Below are positions 56,046-64,000 of a stretch of 64,000 nt of DNA, in pieces. A program made the position numbers and the translations under genes. The number at the start of each line of letters is the position of its first letter. Positions within the stretch are counted from its first letter, which is position 1. This stretch comes from Candidatus Thorarchaeota archaeon (lineage in GTDB: Archaea; Asgardarchaeota; Thorarchaeia; Thorarchaeales; Thorarchaeaceae), in assembly GCA_019057475.1 (NCBI GenBank), contig DXJO01000004.1, forward strand, positions 74,953 through 138,952, in the 5' to 3' direction. Below the pieces are notes generated by a model. The model saw only the letters and a list, made by a program, of their open reading frames with translations. It was not told the DNA's origin and ran no database searches.

Positions 56046-59000
56046 ATGCCCCGGATGTCTGAGACCACGGTAGTGCTAGTGCTCCTTATTTTCATATCAC
56101 CGGCCATATCCCTGCCGCGTGAAGCAGGTATTAGAGATTCCTCCGCAATATATGATGAACCTGCAACGGAAACAACACAGGGAAGCCCGTTACAAGACGA
56201 GTATGAAGAAGTCTTGGAAACTTGGAGTCAGCCCGAATACCAACCCGAAATTGACCCGCGTCTGTCCTCATGGCTCGCAGGAAACGAGCTCAGTGACGAG
56301 GTTGTAATCTATGACGGTGTGCCAAAAGCGCTTATCTTCGGCGCGCCGTGGATGGATGTTGAAGACGTCAAGGAGTGCGTACAAGTTGACTGGTACGTGG
56401 ATCTTCAGGGTTTCAAAGTGGTGAGAGCAGCATTGTCTTCAACGATGGCATTGGAGAATCTCTTAAAGATTGACGGAGTTACATTCGTCAATGCTGATGA
56501 GCTCCATAACCTCCCCGATGATGACCTCAATAGGGCCGTGAAATTCGGGGCTTACACTGGCGGGGCGGAACCCGATATGTTCGAGATTCGAGAGAAGGTT
56601 GGGGTTACAGGCTCCATAGCCAGCAACTACACAGGCGATGGAGTCGTTGTCGGTCACCTCGACACCGGGTGCGATTTCGGCAACCCAGACCTGCGGCATG
56701 CATACCATCCCGGATCTTTCGACCCAACTGGATATGGACTAACCCTCACGTGGTACCATGCCAACTCCACTCCTGTTGATGCTGCCCTGTGGACTGCTAA
56801 TCCCTTCAATCTGCTCACCTATGAGAACGCAGGCGGCGACATCTATCTGAATGTAACAGGCTGGGACCCTCTGCTAAACAATCTGGGGGCTGCTCGCTAC
56901 CTGATTGGCGATGGTAACCCTTCCAGCCCATATGAGTCACGAGTAGGTTTTGTATGGTTGTATGCCTACTATTGGGAAATCGATGTAGATGACATGGTCG
57001 ACCTTATTTGGCATGATTGGAAACTGCCTGACCCAAGCAACGTCCAAGGAAACTACTCAGTGGGATGGGCCTTCCAACAGCGCAACAATCCGTATGCAAA
57101 ATTATTCGCTCCATCCCTTGTCTATGAGGGGACAGATAACGAGAACCATCTGATAATCAACTGGGAAGATACGATGGGCTGGAACAAGTTTTGGACCGGC
57201 GGATTCTACTATGAAACCTATAACTTGACCGACCCTGTTGATAAAACCGAGATAGTGAATGAGTTTGACTGGGACTTCACCGACGAGTTCACAGGCGGTG
57301 AGATATTCGGTCTTGATAAGCCAGTAGTTTCCCATGATTACACGAATGACAGTATCGATGATTTCAGCCTTGGTGCCTTATGTTGGTGCTACGATGATTC
57401 GAGATACTTCGATGATGACATCTTTTTCAACGAATACCTCTTCAATGGCTTCAGGTCGGACCGAGATGCATTCGCGCTGTATTTCGACGAAAGTTCACAC
57501 GGGACCTCCACTGCTTCCCATGTCGTGTCATCTGGAAATCACACATACTACAATTATGATAATGCCACCCACTTTACACTTCGCGGAGTGGCTCCGGATG
57601 CGAAGCTGATATCTGTGCGAGCTCTCACCTCTGGGTCCACCTTTGGAGGGTATCTTTGGGCTTGCGGCTTCGATCGACGCCACCTCTCAGGAGAATTTTA
57701 CTACACTGGCAACCATCAGGCTGACGTAATAACCAATTCCTGGGGTTTTGCCAGTGCGCCATCGAACCAGTTCCACTACGAATCCTTTACTTGGGAGATT
57801 CTGTCGACCCCGGGCTTTCTTGACCCTGCATACCCGGGAGTGTTGCATATCTTCTCTGCTGGGGATGAGGGTTCGGGATTCATGACAGTGGGTCCACCTG
57901 GATGCGCGGCAGCAGTCCTCACGGTGGGTGCCTCTACAAGCAGTCACTGGCTTGACTACAAGTACGGTCCCGGACAGGATGTAGAAGGCATTGCGAGTTT
58001 CTCTAGCAAGGGGCCATCCTTCTCTGGCTATCCAAAACCTGACGTTCTTGCACCTGGACTTGCTGGGTATGCAGTTATTCCCTCATATGCGCCACTTATG
58101 GCCTCATCTTGGCAGCCATCCTGGACCACGGACGGATTTGACTGGAAAAATTACACCCTCTTCAGTGGTACAAGTCAATCTGCACCTGTGGCGACGGGAG
58201 TTGCGGCTCTTGTAATCGAAGCCTTGGGTGGTGGGGTTTCCAATCCTGCTGAAGTGAAAGTCATTCTACAGTCAACTTCCGATGACCTAGGATATGACCC
58301 TGCAATTCAGGGCTTTGGAAGGATCAATGCTGAAACAGCCTGTGACTTCGCTGCCAATGGGACCGGGATGATTGTTAGCAGCCAAGATTCTTCCAGTAAC
58401 TTTGCCTCTATTGTGAGTGATGCATGGGAGTACTCGGGCGTTTTCCATCAATCGACATTGGGACTGACAATTGACCCAATAACAGAGTCCTTCCCTGATA
58501 GAAATCACGATGGAGCGGTTTTCTTCGGGCAGGTCATGGCCAGCGGTACTTCCATCTTCCAGCTCTCACTGTTCGACAATGCAAGCGACATGTTCGATAC
58601 TCCAATGGCTTGGGGTGTTGGATGGAGCGCTTCAGCTATTCACATGAGATCTGCTGCTGTCTTGACCTTCCCTGGCACTACATATTCATATAACGACACA
58701 GTTGTACATGGCACGCAGATGTATGGATGGTTCAACCTCAGCGATGAACTTGATGCCCTCTATGATGCTGCGATTGTTTCTTGCCCATACATGACTGTGA
58801 GCGTTTCTTTCGATGCTATTGGGGTTGCAGACGCAGAGCCATGGATGTTTCTATATGATTGGGACGATACCAATCTAGACGAAATGCCGAACCTATGGAA
58901 CTCCACTTCGGGTGTAGGCGATGAGCTCACGCGCTTGGCTAGTGCAATTGACCCGAGCAATACAAACATGATGTCCTTTGCAGTCAGTCCCGGAAACATC

Positions 59001-61124
59001 GGCGACCACCTTGATGGATCTATTGTTCTCGTAGTCCATGATCCAATTCATGACTTGGACTGGAGCGCACTTGGCAACGATTTCATTTGCACTGTCATCT
59101 TCTGGGAGTCTGTTCCTAGTCCGTTGCTCTCATTTGATGCAGGTGGTACAGGGAACACAATCAATATCACATTGAGTCTTCCAGCTGATGCAGAAGTTGG
59201 CATTCATCAAGGGTACATGATGTTCAGCGATGGAATACAGAATGTGAGCGTTCCTTACAGCTACTCTGTCGTGGCTAACCTAACTGGCGCGGAAGGCGAG
59301 GAACATGTAGTTGTTTCCGGGTACGGCGCAGAGCTAAGTCCCTATGATAATCCTGTTTACGGGTGCATGGAAGAAGATCCTGACAACTGGGAATTTAGAA
59401 GCTTTGCTATCTACGTCTCACACTCAAATGCAAGTCTCCTTGGCGTTCGTGTGATCTGGTCTGATGTGGGGAATAACATGTCAGTTGCTGTCCTTGATTC
59501 AAGAGGTCTAGAGCTAGCCTTTGACTCTGGTGGCACTGCGTACACGACCGCAGTTATCGCTGAAATCAATGGTACAGGCACCTACTATGTGCTTGTTCAT
59601 CCAATTGCCCTCAATGGTTCTGGTCCGCTTCCGGTAAACTACACCATGATTTTCATGTGGTATTCGCAGCCATCCTTATCTGATGTCATCTTGAGCTACA
59701 CTGCCAACGATTTGGCAACTCCTGTTGTTATGGCACACGGATCAACAATTGTAGAAGACACTGCGATAGGTGACCATGTGGTTCTCACTGCAAGCTTTCC
59801 TGACTTTAACTTGCTGAACATGCCGGAATTCGAAATTACTGGCATTACAATGTCGTTCTTTACAGGGATTTACTTCCATCAGAGTGCGCCTTTAGTCATT
59901 CCCAATGCTTTCTATGACCCGTTCTCCGGTACGATTCAGCTTGATCAGTTTGCTTGGATGGTTGTCGATGGAATCAGAGCTGGTGAATTTACCGAAATAG
60001 AAGTTGACTTCAGCAACGGTGACTGTGACATCATGGTATGGTGGAACGATGTAGACAACACAACTTGGACCTACGACAACAACCTTGTTGAAGGCGTAAT
60101 GTCCACTGGAGCACATCCAGAGGTCGGTTCATTCGTGGCTGATCGTAGCGGTGCAATTGCTGTTGGATGCTTTGACTACGACTTACAGCCTGGAACTTGG
60201 ACGATAACAATCGACTCTCGTGTCGATCTCGACATCCCTGCAACCGGGCTTGAGGGCACCTTTGATACGTATTGGTTCCATCAGAACATTACCCTCCAAT
60301 TGCAGATATCTGCGGCTACTGGAACGAATCTTGATCTTGAGGTGAGCTATCCCTATCTCACATTTTGCAATTTCTTTGCGCCTCGGCTACACACAATCAG
60401 TGTTGCAGGAAACGGTTCTGTTGCAGATATTTTCTGGACCTACAGTGATCGCAATGGGTATGATGAGCATTTCTTCGATGTGTTAATTTCAGCGGATAGT
60501 GGCTACACCTATCAGCTACTGGCTTCAAGGCTCACCAGTTCATACTATTCCTGGGACGCCACAGGCTTCCTGGCGCGAAACTACAAAATCAAGGTTAGAG
60601 TCTTTGACAATGACCCGGATGTGAACCCAGATGCTGCAAACACAGGTGTCTACTGGATGGGTTTGAGTGATAAAATTGAATCCTCCGAATTCTACATTGA
60701 CTCGGGTTACACAATAGTGCTCCAGCCTATCATTAACCATCCTCTAGATCTCAGATATGTGGAGGGTGACACAGGGAATTGGATCATGTGGACTCTCAAT
60801 GGAACGAATCCACACACATTCGCAGTCACTAGGGACGACGAGTTGATGAAATCTGGCTACTGGAATACTACTGGGGAAACAGTCCGGATTTGTGTGGACG
60901 GGCTGAGTCCAGGGATATACAGGTTTGATCTTGCAGTTACAAACACCTTTGGCCAAACCGCAAGTGATTCGGTGTGGGTCACTGTGTCCGATTATTCGGG
61001 CGCATTGCTACCCGGAACGGGCTTTGACATCCTAGGAACCATAGGAGCCATTGTAACTGGCGCCTCTATTGCTGTAATCGTCATCTTTAGCGCTCTGATA
61101 TGCCAGCACCGAAGAAAACGATAG
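56046..61124 (+). CDS. Large membrane-anchored S8 subtilase (pyrolysin-like) with signal peptide, prodomain and C-terminal beta domains
   Basis: LDTG (D206), SHGTSTAS (H485), SGTSQSAP (S710), SFSSKGP..KPDVLAPG; C-terminal TM + RRKR. Confidence 0.93.
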   Translation: MPRMSETTVVLVLLIFISPAISLPREAGIRDSSAIYDEPATETTQGSPLQDEYEEVLETWSQPEYQPEIDPRLSSWLAGNELSDEVVIYDGVPKALIFGAPWMDVEDVKECVQVDWYVDLQGFKVVRAALSSTMALENLLKIDGVTFVNADELHNLPDDDLNRAVKFGAYTGGAEPDMFEIREKVGVTGSIASNYTGDGVVVGHLDTGCDFGNPDLRHAYHPGSFDPTGYGLTLTWYHANSTPVDAALWTANPFNLLTYENAGGDIYLNVTGWDPLLNNLGAARYLIGDGNPSSPYESRVGFVWLYAYYWEIDVDDMVDLIWHDWKLPDPSNVQGNYSVGWAFQQRNNPYAKLFAPSLVYEGTDNENHLIINWEDTMGWNKFWTGGFYYETYNLTDPVDKTEIVNEFDWDFTDEFTGGEIFGLDKPVVSHDYTNDSIDDFSLGALCWCYDDSRYFDDDIFFNEYLFNGFRSDRDAFALYFDESSHGTSTASHVVSSGNHTYYNYDNATHFTLRGVAPDAKLISVRALTSGSTFGGYLWACGFDRRHLSGEFYYTGNHQADVITNSWGFASAPSNQFHYESFTWEILSTPGFLDPAYPGVLHIFSAGDEGSGFMTVGPPGCAAAVLTVGASTSSHWLDYKYGPGQDVEGIASFSSKGPSFSGYPKPDVLAPGLAGYAVIPSYAPLMASSWQPSWTTDGFDWKNYTLFSGTSQSAPVATGVAALVIEALGGGVSNPAEVKVILQSTSDDLGYDPAIQGFGRINAETACDFAANGTGMIVSSQDSSSNFASIVSDAWEYSGVFHQSTLGLTIDPITESFPDRNHDGAVFFGQVMASGTSIFQLSLFDNASDMFDTPMAWGVGWSASAIHMRSAAVLTFPGTTYSYNDTVVHGTQMYGWFNLSDELDALYDAAIVSCPYMTVSVSFDAIGVADAEPWMFLYDWDDTNLDEMPNLWNSTSGVGDELTRLASAIDPSNTNMMSFAVSPGNIGDHLDGSIVLVVHDPIHDLDWSALGNDFICTVIFWESVPSPLLSFDAGGTGNTINITLSLPADAEVGIHQGYMMFSDGIQNVSVPYSYSVVANLTGAEGEEHVVVSGYGAELSPYDNPVYGCMEEDPDNWEFRSFAIYVSHSNASLLGVRVIWSDVGNNMSVAVLDSRGLELAFDSGGTAYTTAVIAEINGTGTYYVLVHPIALNGSGPLPVNYTMIFMWYSQPSLSDVILSYTANDLATPVVMAHGSTIVEDTAIGDHVVLTASFPDFNLLNMPEFEITGITMSFFTGIYFHQSAPLVIPNAFYDPFSGTIQLDQFAWMVVDGIRAGEFTEIEVDFSNGDCDIMVWWNDVDNTTWTYDNNLVEGVMSTGAHPEVGSFVADRSGAIAVGCFDYDLQPGTWTITIDSRVDLDIPATGLEGTFDTYWFHQNITLQLQISAATGTNLDLEVSYPYLTFCNFFAPRLHTISVAGNGSVADIFWTYSDRNGYDEHFFDVLISADSGYTYQLLASRLTSSYYSWDATGFLARNYKIKVRVFDNDPDVNPDAANTGVYWMGLSDKIESSEFYIDSGYTIVLQPIINHPLDLRYVEGDTGNWIMWTLNGTNPHTFAVTRDDELMKSGYWNTTGETVRICVDGLSPGIYRFDLAVTNTFGQTASDSVWVTVSDYSGALLPGTGFDILGTIGAIVTGASIAVIVIFSALICQHRRKR

Positions 61125-61175
61125 CACACCTAAAATTATCGAATCATTCAATTGCTTTCACGCGCTCCTTGTGGT

Positions 61176-61649
61176 ATGGGGAAGCGTGGTCACGCCAAGA
61201 AACAGGCTGCTAGATTCTGTATTTTGGGTTTGGCTTCATTATTAGGCGCCTTTACTATTGCGTGGATGGGAGGCCATGGATACCTTAACGTTGATCCAAA
61301 CGTTGCGGTTCCTGCTGGATTTGTTCTCCTGATTGTCTTCATGGTTCTTGGGGCCTTCAGTCTTCAGGCTGACACTTCCTTCATTGCTCGGAAATCGTGG
61401 AGGAATCAGCCTCAGACGATTGACTCAAACATTTGCAAGCGCGTTGTGAAATCGATGGAATTCAACATTGAGTACCTGATTTATGGGCCGTGTACTTCGA
61501 GCTTGAGAGAAGCTCTGCTCGATGATTGGCCATTTGAGGATGTGAAATCCGGCTCAGCTTGGTATGTGTTGGATAAGAGAATGAATGATGTTACTGACAC
61601 GCCTCTCTCAGAAATAGAGGGCACTGTCATCCTTGAGGTTGGACTGTGA
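61176..61649 (+). CDS. Hypothetical 2-TM membrane protein
   Basis: Two hydrophobic segments then a soluble domain. Confidence 0.7.
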   Translation: MGKRGHAKKQAARFCILGLASLLGAFTIAWMGGHGYLNVDPNVAVPAGFVLLIVFMVLGAFSLQADTSFIARKSWRNQPQTIDSNICKRVVKSMEFNIEYLIYGPCTSSLREALLDDWPFEDVKSGSAWYVLDKRMNDVTDTPLSEIEGTVILEVGL

Positions 61650-61681
61650 TCTGTCAGTGGCATCTGATTTGAGGAATCATA

Positions 61682-62650
61682 TCATTTTTCCGTCGTGTCC
61701 CGAGTCTGCCTTCGAATCTGAAACAGTCTTAGAAGACCTATAGGAAGTACTATCGCGAGCCAGATGACTAGGTCTCCAAGGGTTGCTATCAGAAAGCTCT
61801 CACCCATTGGGTCCAACCAGAGCTGTCCGAGCTTCATCATCTTCACAAGGGGGAAGACGAGGATTAGGCCAAAGACCTGCTTGAGCTGAACGGCATTGAT
61901 TTTGCGCGCTATCCTTGGACCAATCTGTCCTCCAATGATCATTCCAACACCGAGGTAGAGACCGTAGAGTAAGAGTGCGTAAAATGATTCTGGCCCCAGT
62001 AACAGGTAGTTCATTGTTGTCCCCGCAGTCGCTGTGAACATCATAATGAACATCGACGTGGCAACAGCGATATGCATGGGCAATCCTAACAAAACGCATA
62101 GAACAGGAACCACAATAGCTCCTCCTCCAATCCCAAGGAGTCCAGCTGCCACACCACCGACGAATCCACCGAGAAGCGCAATGGCTAGTCTGCGTCGGCT
62201 CAAATGTGAAAAGTTGAATGCAGCTATCTCACTAGCGAAATCTCCCCTCCCTCCCTTCTTGGCAAGTAGCATCTTCAATGCTACTGGGAACAGCGTGATG
62301 CCAAAAATCAGCCTGAGTATGTAGTCATCCGTTATGAGTGTCCTAAGAGCCACACCAATCAGAGAACCCGGTATTGTTGTGACCGCGAGGAACAGCCCGA
62401 CCTTCAACGAAATTGGCTTTGGTTCTTGCCGCCAGTAGGTCGCCGTGCTAGCGATTGCTACAAAGAACGCGGCAATTAGCGCAGTGACTGGTGCGTTAAT
62501 CGCTAGTAGTCCAAAAGCGATGATGAGTAGAGGCGTATTGATGATCCCACCCCCTATTCCTACCATCGAGGAAAGAGTGCCTACTCCGATTGCAAAGACA
62601 ATCAAGATTAGCGCTTCAGTAAACAATATCTGCAAGGATGCTCCGCTCAA
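61682..62650 (-). CDS. TauE/SafE (TSUP) family transporter
   Basis: GIGGG twice, AVATS, GGQIG. Confidence 0.92.
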   Translation of the reverse strand: MSGASLQILFTEALILIVFAIGVGTLSSMVGIGGGIINTPLLIIAFGLLAINAPVTALIAAFFVAIASTATYWRQEPKPISLKVGLFLAVTTIPGSLIGVALRTLITDDYILRLIFGITLFPVALKMLLAKKGGRGDFASEIAAFNFSHLSRRRLAIALLGGFVGGVAAGLLGIGGGAIVVPVLCVLLGLPMHIAVATSMFIMMFTATAGTTMNYLLLGPESFYALLLYGLYLGVGMIIGGQIGPRIARKINAVQLKQVFGLILVFPLVKMMKLGQLWLDPMGESFLIATLGDLVIWLAIVLPIGLLRLFQIRRQTRDTTEK

Positions 62651-62737
62651 GAGCGCGGAAACAGTATCGGCTACTTAAGGAGTGCCATACGAGCGTCTGC
62701 TGGTGTCAGAGAATTCAAAGCCCTTGAAGATAGTGGG

Positions 62738-63208
62738 CTAGGATGGCGTCTTTCTCATGCTTAAGTAATAGAAACCAGCCATGGTAACTGTCACTCCAAT
62801 CAGCGTTAATACTGCCCCGAAGTTCTCCATCTGTAAATTATCACCTGAGGTCATTAATCCATAGGCTCCTATTACTGCTACAACCATACCAAAAAGAGCG
62901 GCAATTTTCCCGGGTCTTGTGTCGAACTTCATGAAATCGGGAACATCTTCTCTACCTTGAATCACAGGAGCTTCGGAAACCTTTGCATCGTGTTTGAAGT
63001 ACCTCTTTCCATCCTCTGTGAGATACCCATTCAGTGTTCCTTCTTGTGTGAGCTCGGTCAGGATGATCCTAACTTCTTCTTCAGGGATTCCTAACTTGCT
63101 GCTCATCATCTGAACTGAACTCAAATCGTCAGCGGTGACCAGATGAACTAATCTTTCTCTCAAGTCCGTCATAACGCTCTCATATTGTGGACTGGGTTCT
63201 GCGGACAT
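62738..63208 (-). CDS. PCI-like winged-helix protein with two C-terminal TM helices
   Basis: MSSKLGIPEEEVRIILTELTQEGTLNGYLTEDGKRYF; two hydrophobic helices. Confidence 0.75.
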   Translation of the reverse strand: MSAEPSPQYESVMTDLRERLVHLVTADDLSSVQMMSSKLGIPEEEVRIILTELTQEGTLNGYLTEDGKRYFKHDAKVSEAPVIQGREDVPDFMKFDTRPGKIAALFGMVVAVIGAYGLMTSGDNLQMENFGAVLTLIGVTVTMAGFYYLSMRKTPS

Positions 63209-63436
63209 AAACTTGGCGAAACGGCCATGGAGTTCCCGGCGTGCAACTCGGCTATAGTCACTGATTATTGTTTAATGATTACACTCAGATACTTGAATCG
63301 TGGCCTTCTCTAGTTGTTCTCCACGTAAATACACGACGCAGTTTCACCATTTGGCGCTAACATACTTAAACAATCGATTGGTTTTAATAGTATTACCCTT
63401 AATCATCACTGCAGGGATTCATGGGACGGTAGGAAT

Positions 63437-63748
63437 ATGTCACATAGGAATGAGAAGACTACTTGGGACGCCATAGAGGTCAATCCAAGGGATGCACAGG
63501 CGTGGACGCGGCTTGGTCATGTATTTCAAACCAAGGGGCGGTTGGTTGAGGCCGAAGTTGCCTTCAGAAAAGCGACGCAGTTAAACCCGAACTCGTTCAA
63601 GGCCTGGGAGAGTCTACTGCCAGTTATTTCTCTGAGACACAAATATGAAGATACGATCGAGGTTCTAACTACATTGATTCGACTCAAACCTGATCGGGCT
63701 GGCGAGTACAGGAAGCTCCTTGAGATTACCAAGCATATGTACAAATGA
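63437..63748 (+). CDS. Small TPR protein
   Basis: NPRDAQAWTRLG..AFRKATQLNPNSFKAW. Confidence 0.85.
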   Translation: MSHRNEKTTWDAIEVNPRDAQAWTRLGHVFQTKGRLVEAEVAFRKATQLNPNSFKAWESLLPVISLRHKYEDTIEVLTTLIRLKPDRAGEYRKLLEITKHMYK

Positions 63749-63781
63749 AGGAGGGTATGCAACAGCTGCCAAGAACTTGTA

Positions 63782-63828
63782 CAATCCTGAGCATTTTATA
63801 GGCGGTTATAACATACTGCTCAGGATTG
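63782..63828. repeat. Inverted repeat with 12-bp perfect arms
   Basis: CAATCCTGAGCA (63782-63793) / TGCTCAGGATTG (63817-63828). Confidence 0.8.
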
Positions 63829-64000
63829 AGTGGTGTGGATGTTCAATGCAGATTGCTAGGGCCTCCATGCAATTTGGTCGCCGCCAGTTGGACGGAGACA
63901 GAAAACGCCTGTGGAGAGGACGTGAGACTTGTCGCAGATTCAGTAGGATCTGCAGAGCAGACCTCAATGAATCAGGAACCGAACATCAGTCAAGGACATT

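Noticed and set aside
1-64000. CRISPR array, tRNA/rRNA, transposase/integrase, selenoprotein or SECIS
   Set aside because: No spaced direct repeats, tRNA cloverleaf, recombinase motifs or in-frame TGA at a catalytic Cys position were seen by eye; a covariance-model scan would be needed to exclude small RNAs.

Overview
Archaeal chromosomal segment, most likely an Asgard archaeon of Thorarchaeia type. This is inferred from three Rab-like small GTPases with DLAGQ/DLGGQ motifs, a PCI-like winged-helix membrane protein, archaeal C-terminally anchored OppA and S8 proteins, GGAGG/GGTG ribosome-binding sites, TATA-like promoters and ~50% GC. About 55 CDS are present, with no recognisable rRNA, tRNA, CRISPR array or transposase. 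Content is dominated by protein/peptide scavenging (two oppABCDF operons around an M20 peptidase, TldD/TldE, an M48 protease, a 1692-aa S8 protease), plus transporters, CopA, a PAS histidine kinase and a tandem pair of DUF4140/DUF4139 proteins. Signals not in the ORF track: (1) a ~5.4-kb low-GC block (~2430-7860) that starts inside oppC and ends in a chimeric, internally deleted M20 remnant; (2) directly after it, a frameshifted relic resembling the N-terminus of a short prokaryotic Argonaute (~8026-8264); (3) an in-frame TAG cutting the first oppA from its signal peptide; (4) an M48/HtpX protease with a large insertion carrying an EF-hand loop; (5) an S8 protease with Asp instead of Asn at the oxyanion hole; (6) a 33-bp tandem repeat creating an ITAM-like YxxI-x7-YxxI tail; (7) a perfect 20-bp palindrome before a PadR fusion regulator and several hairpin+U-tract elements. 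All family calls are by motif recognition; no database search was run.
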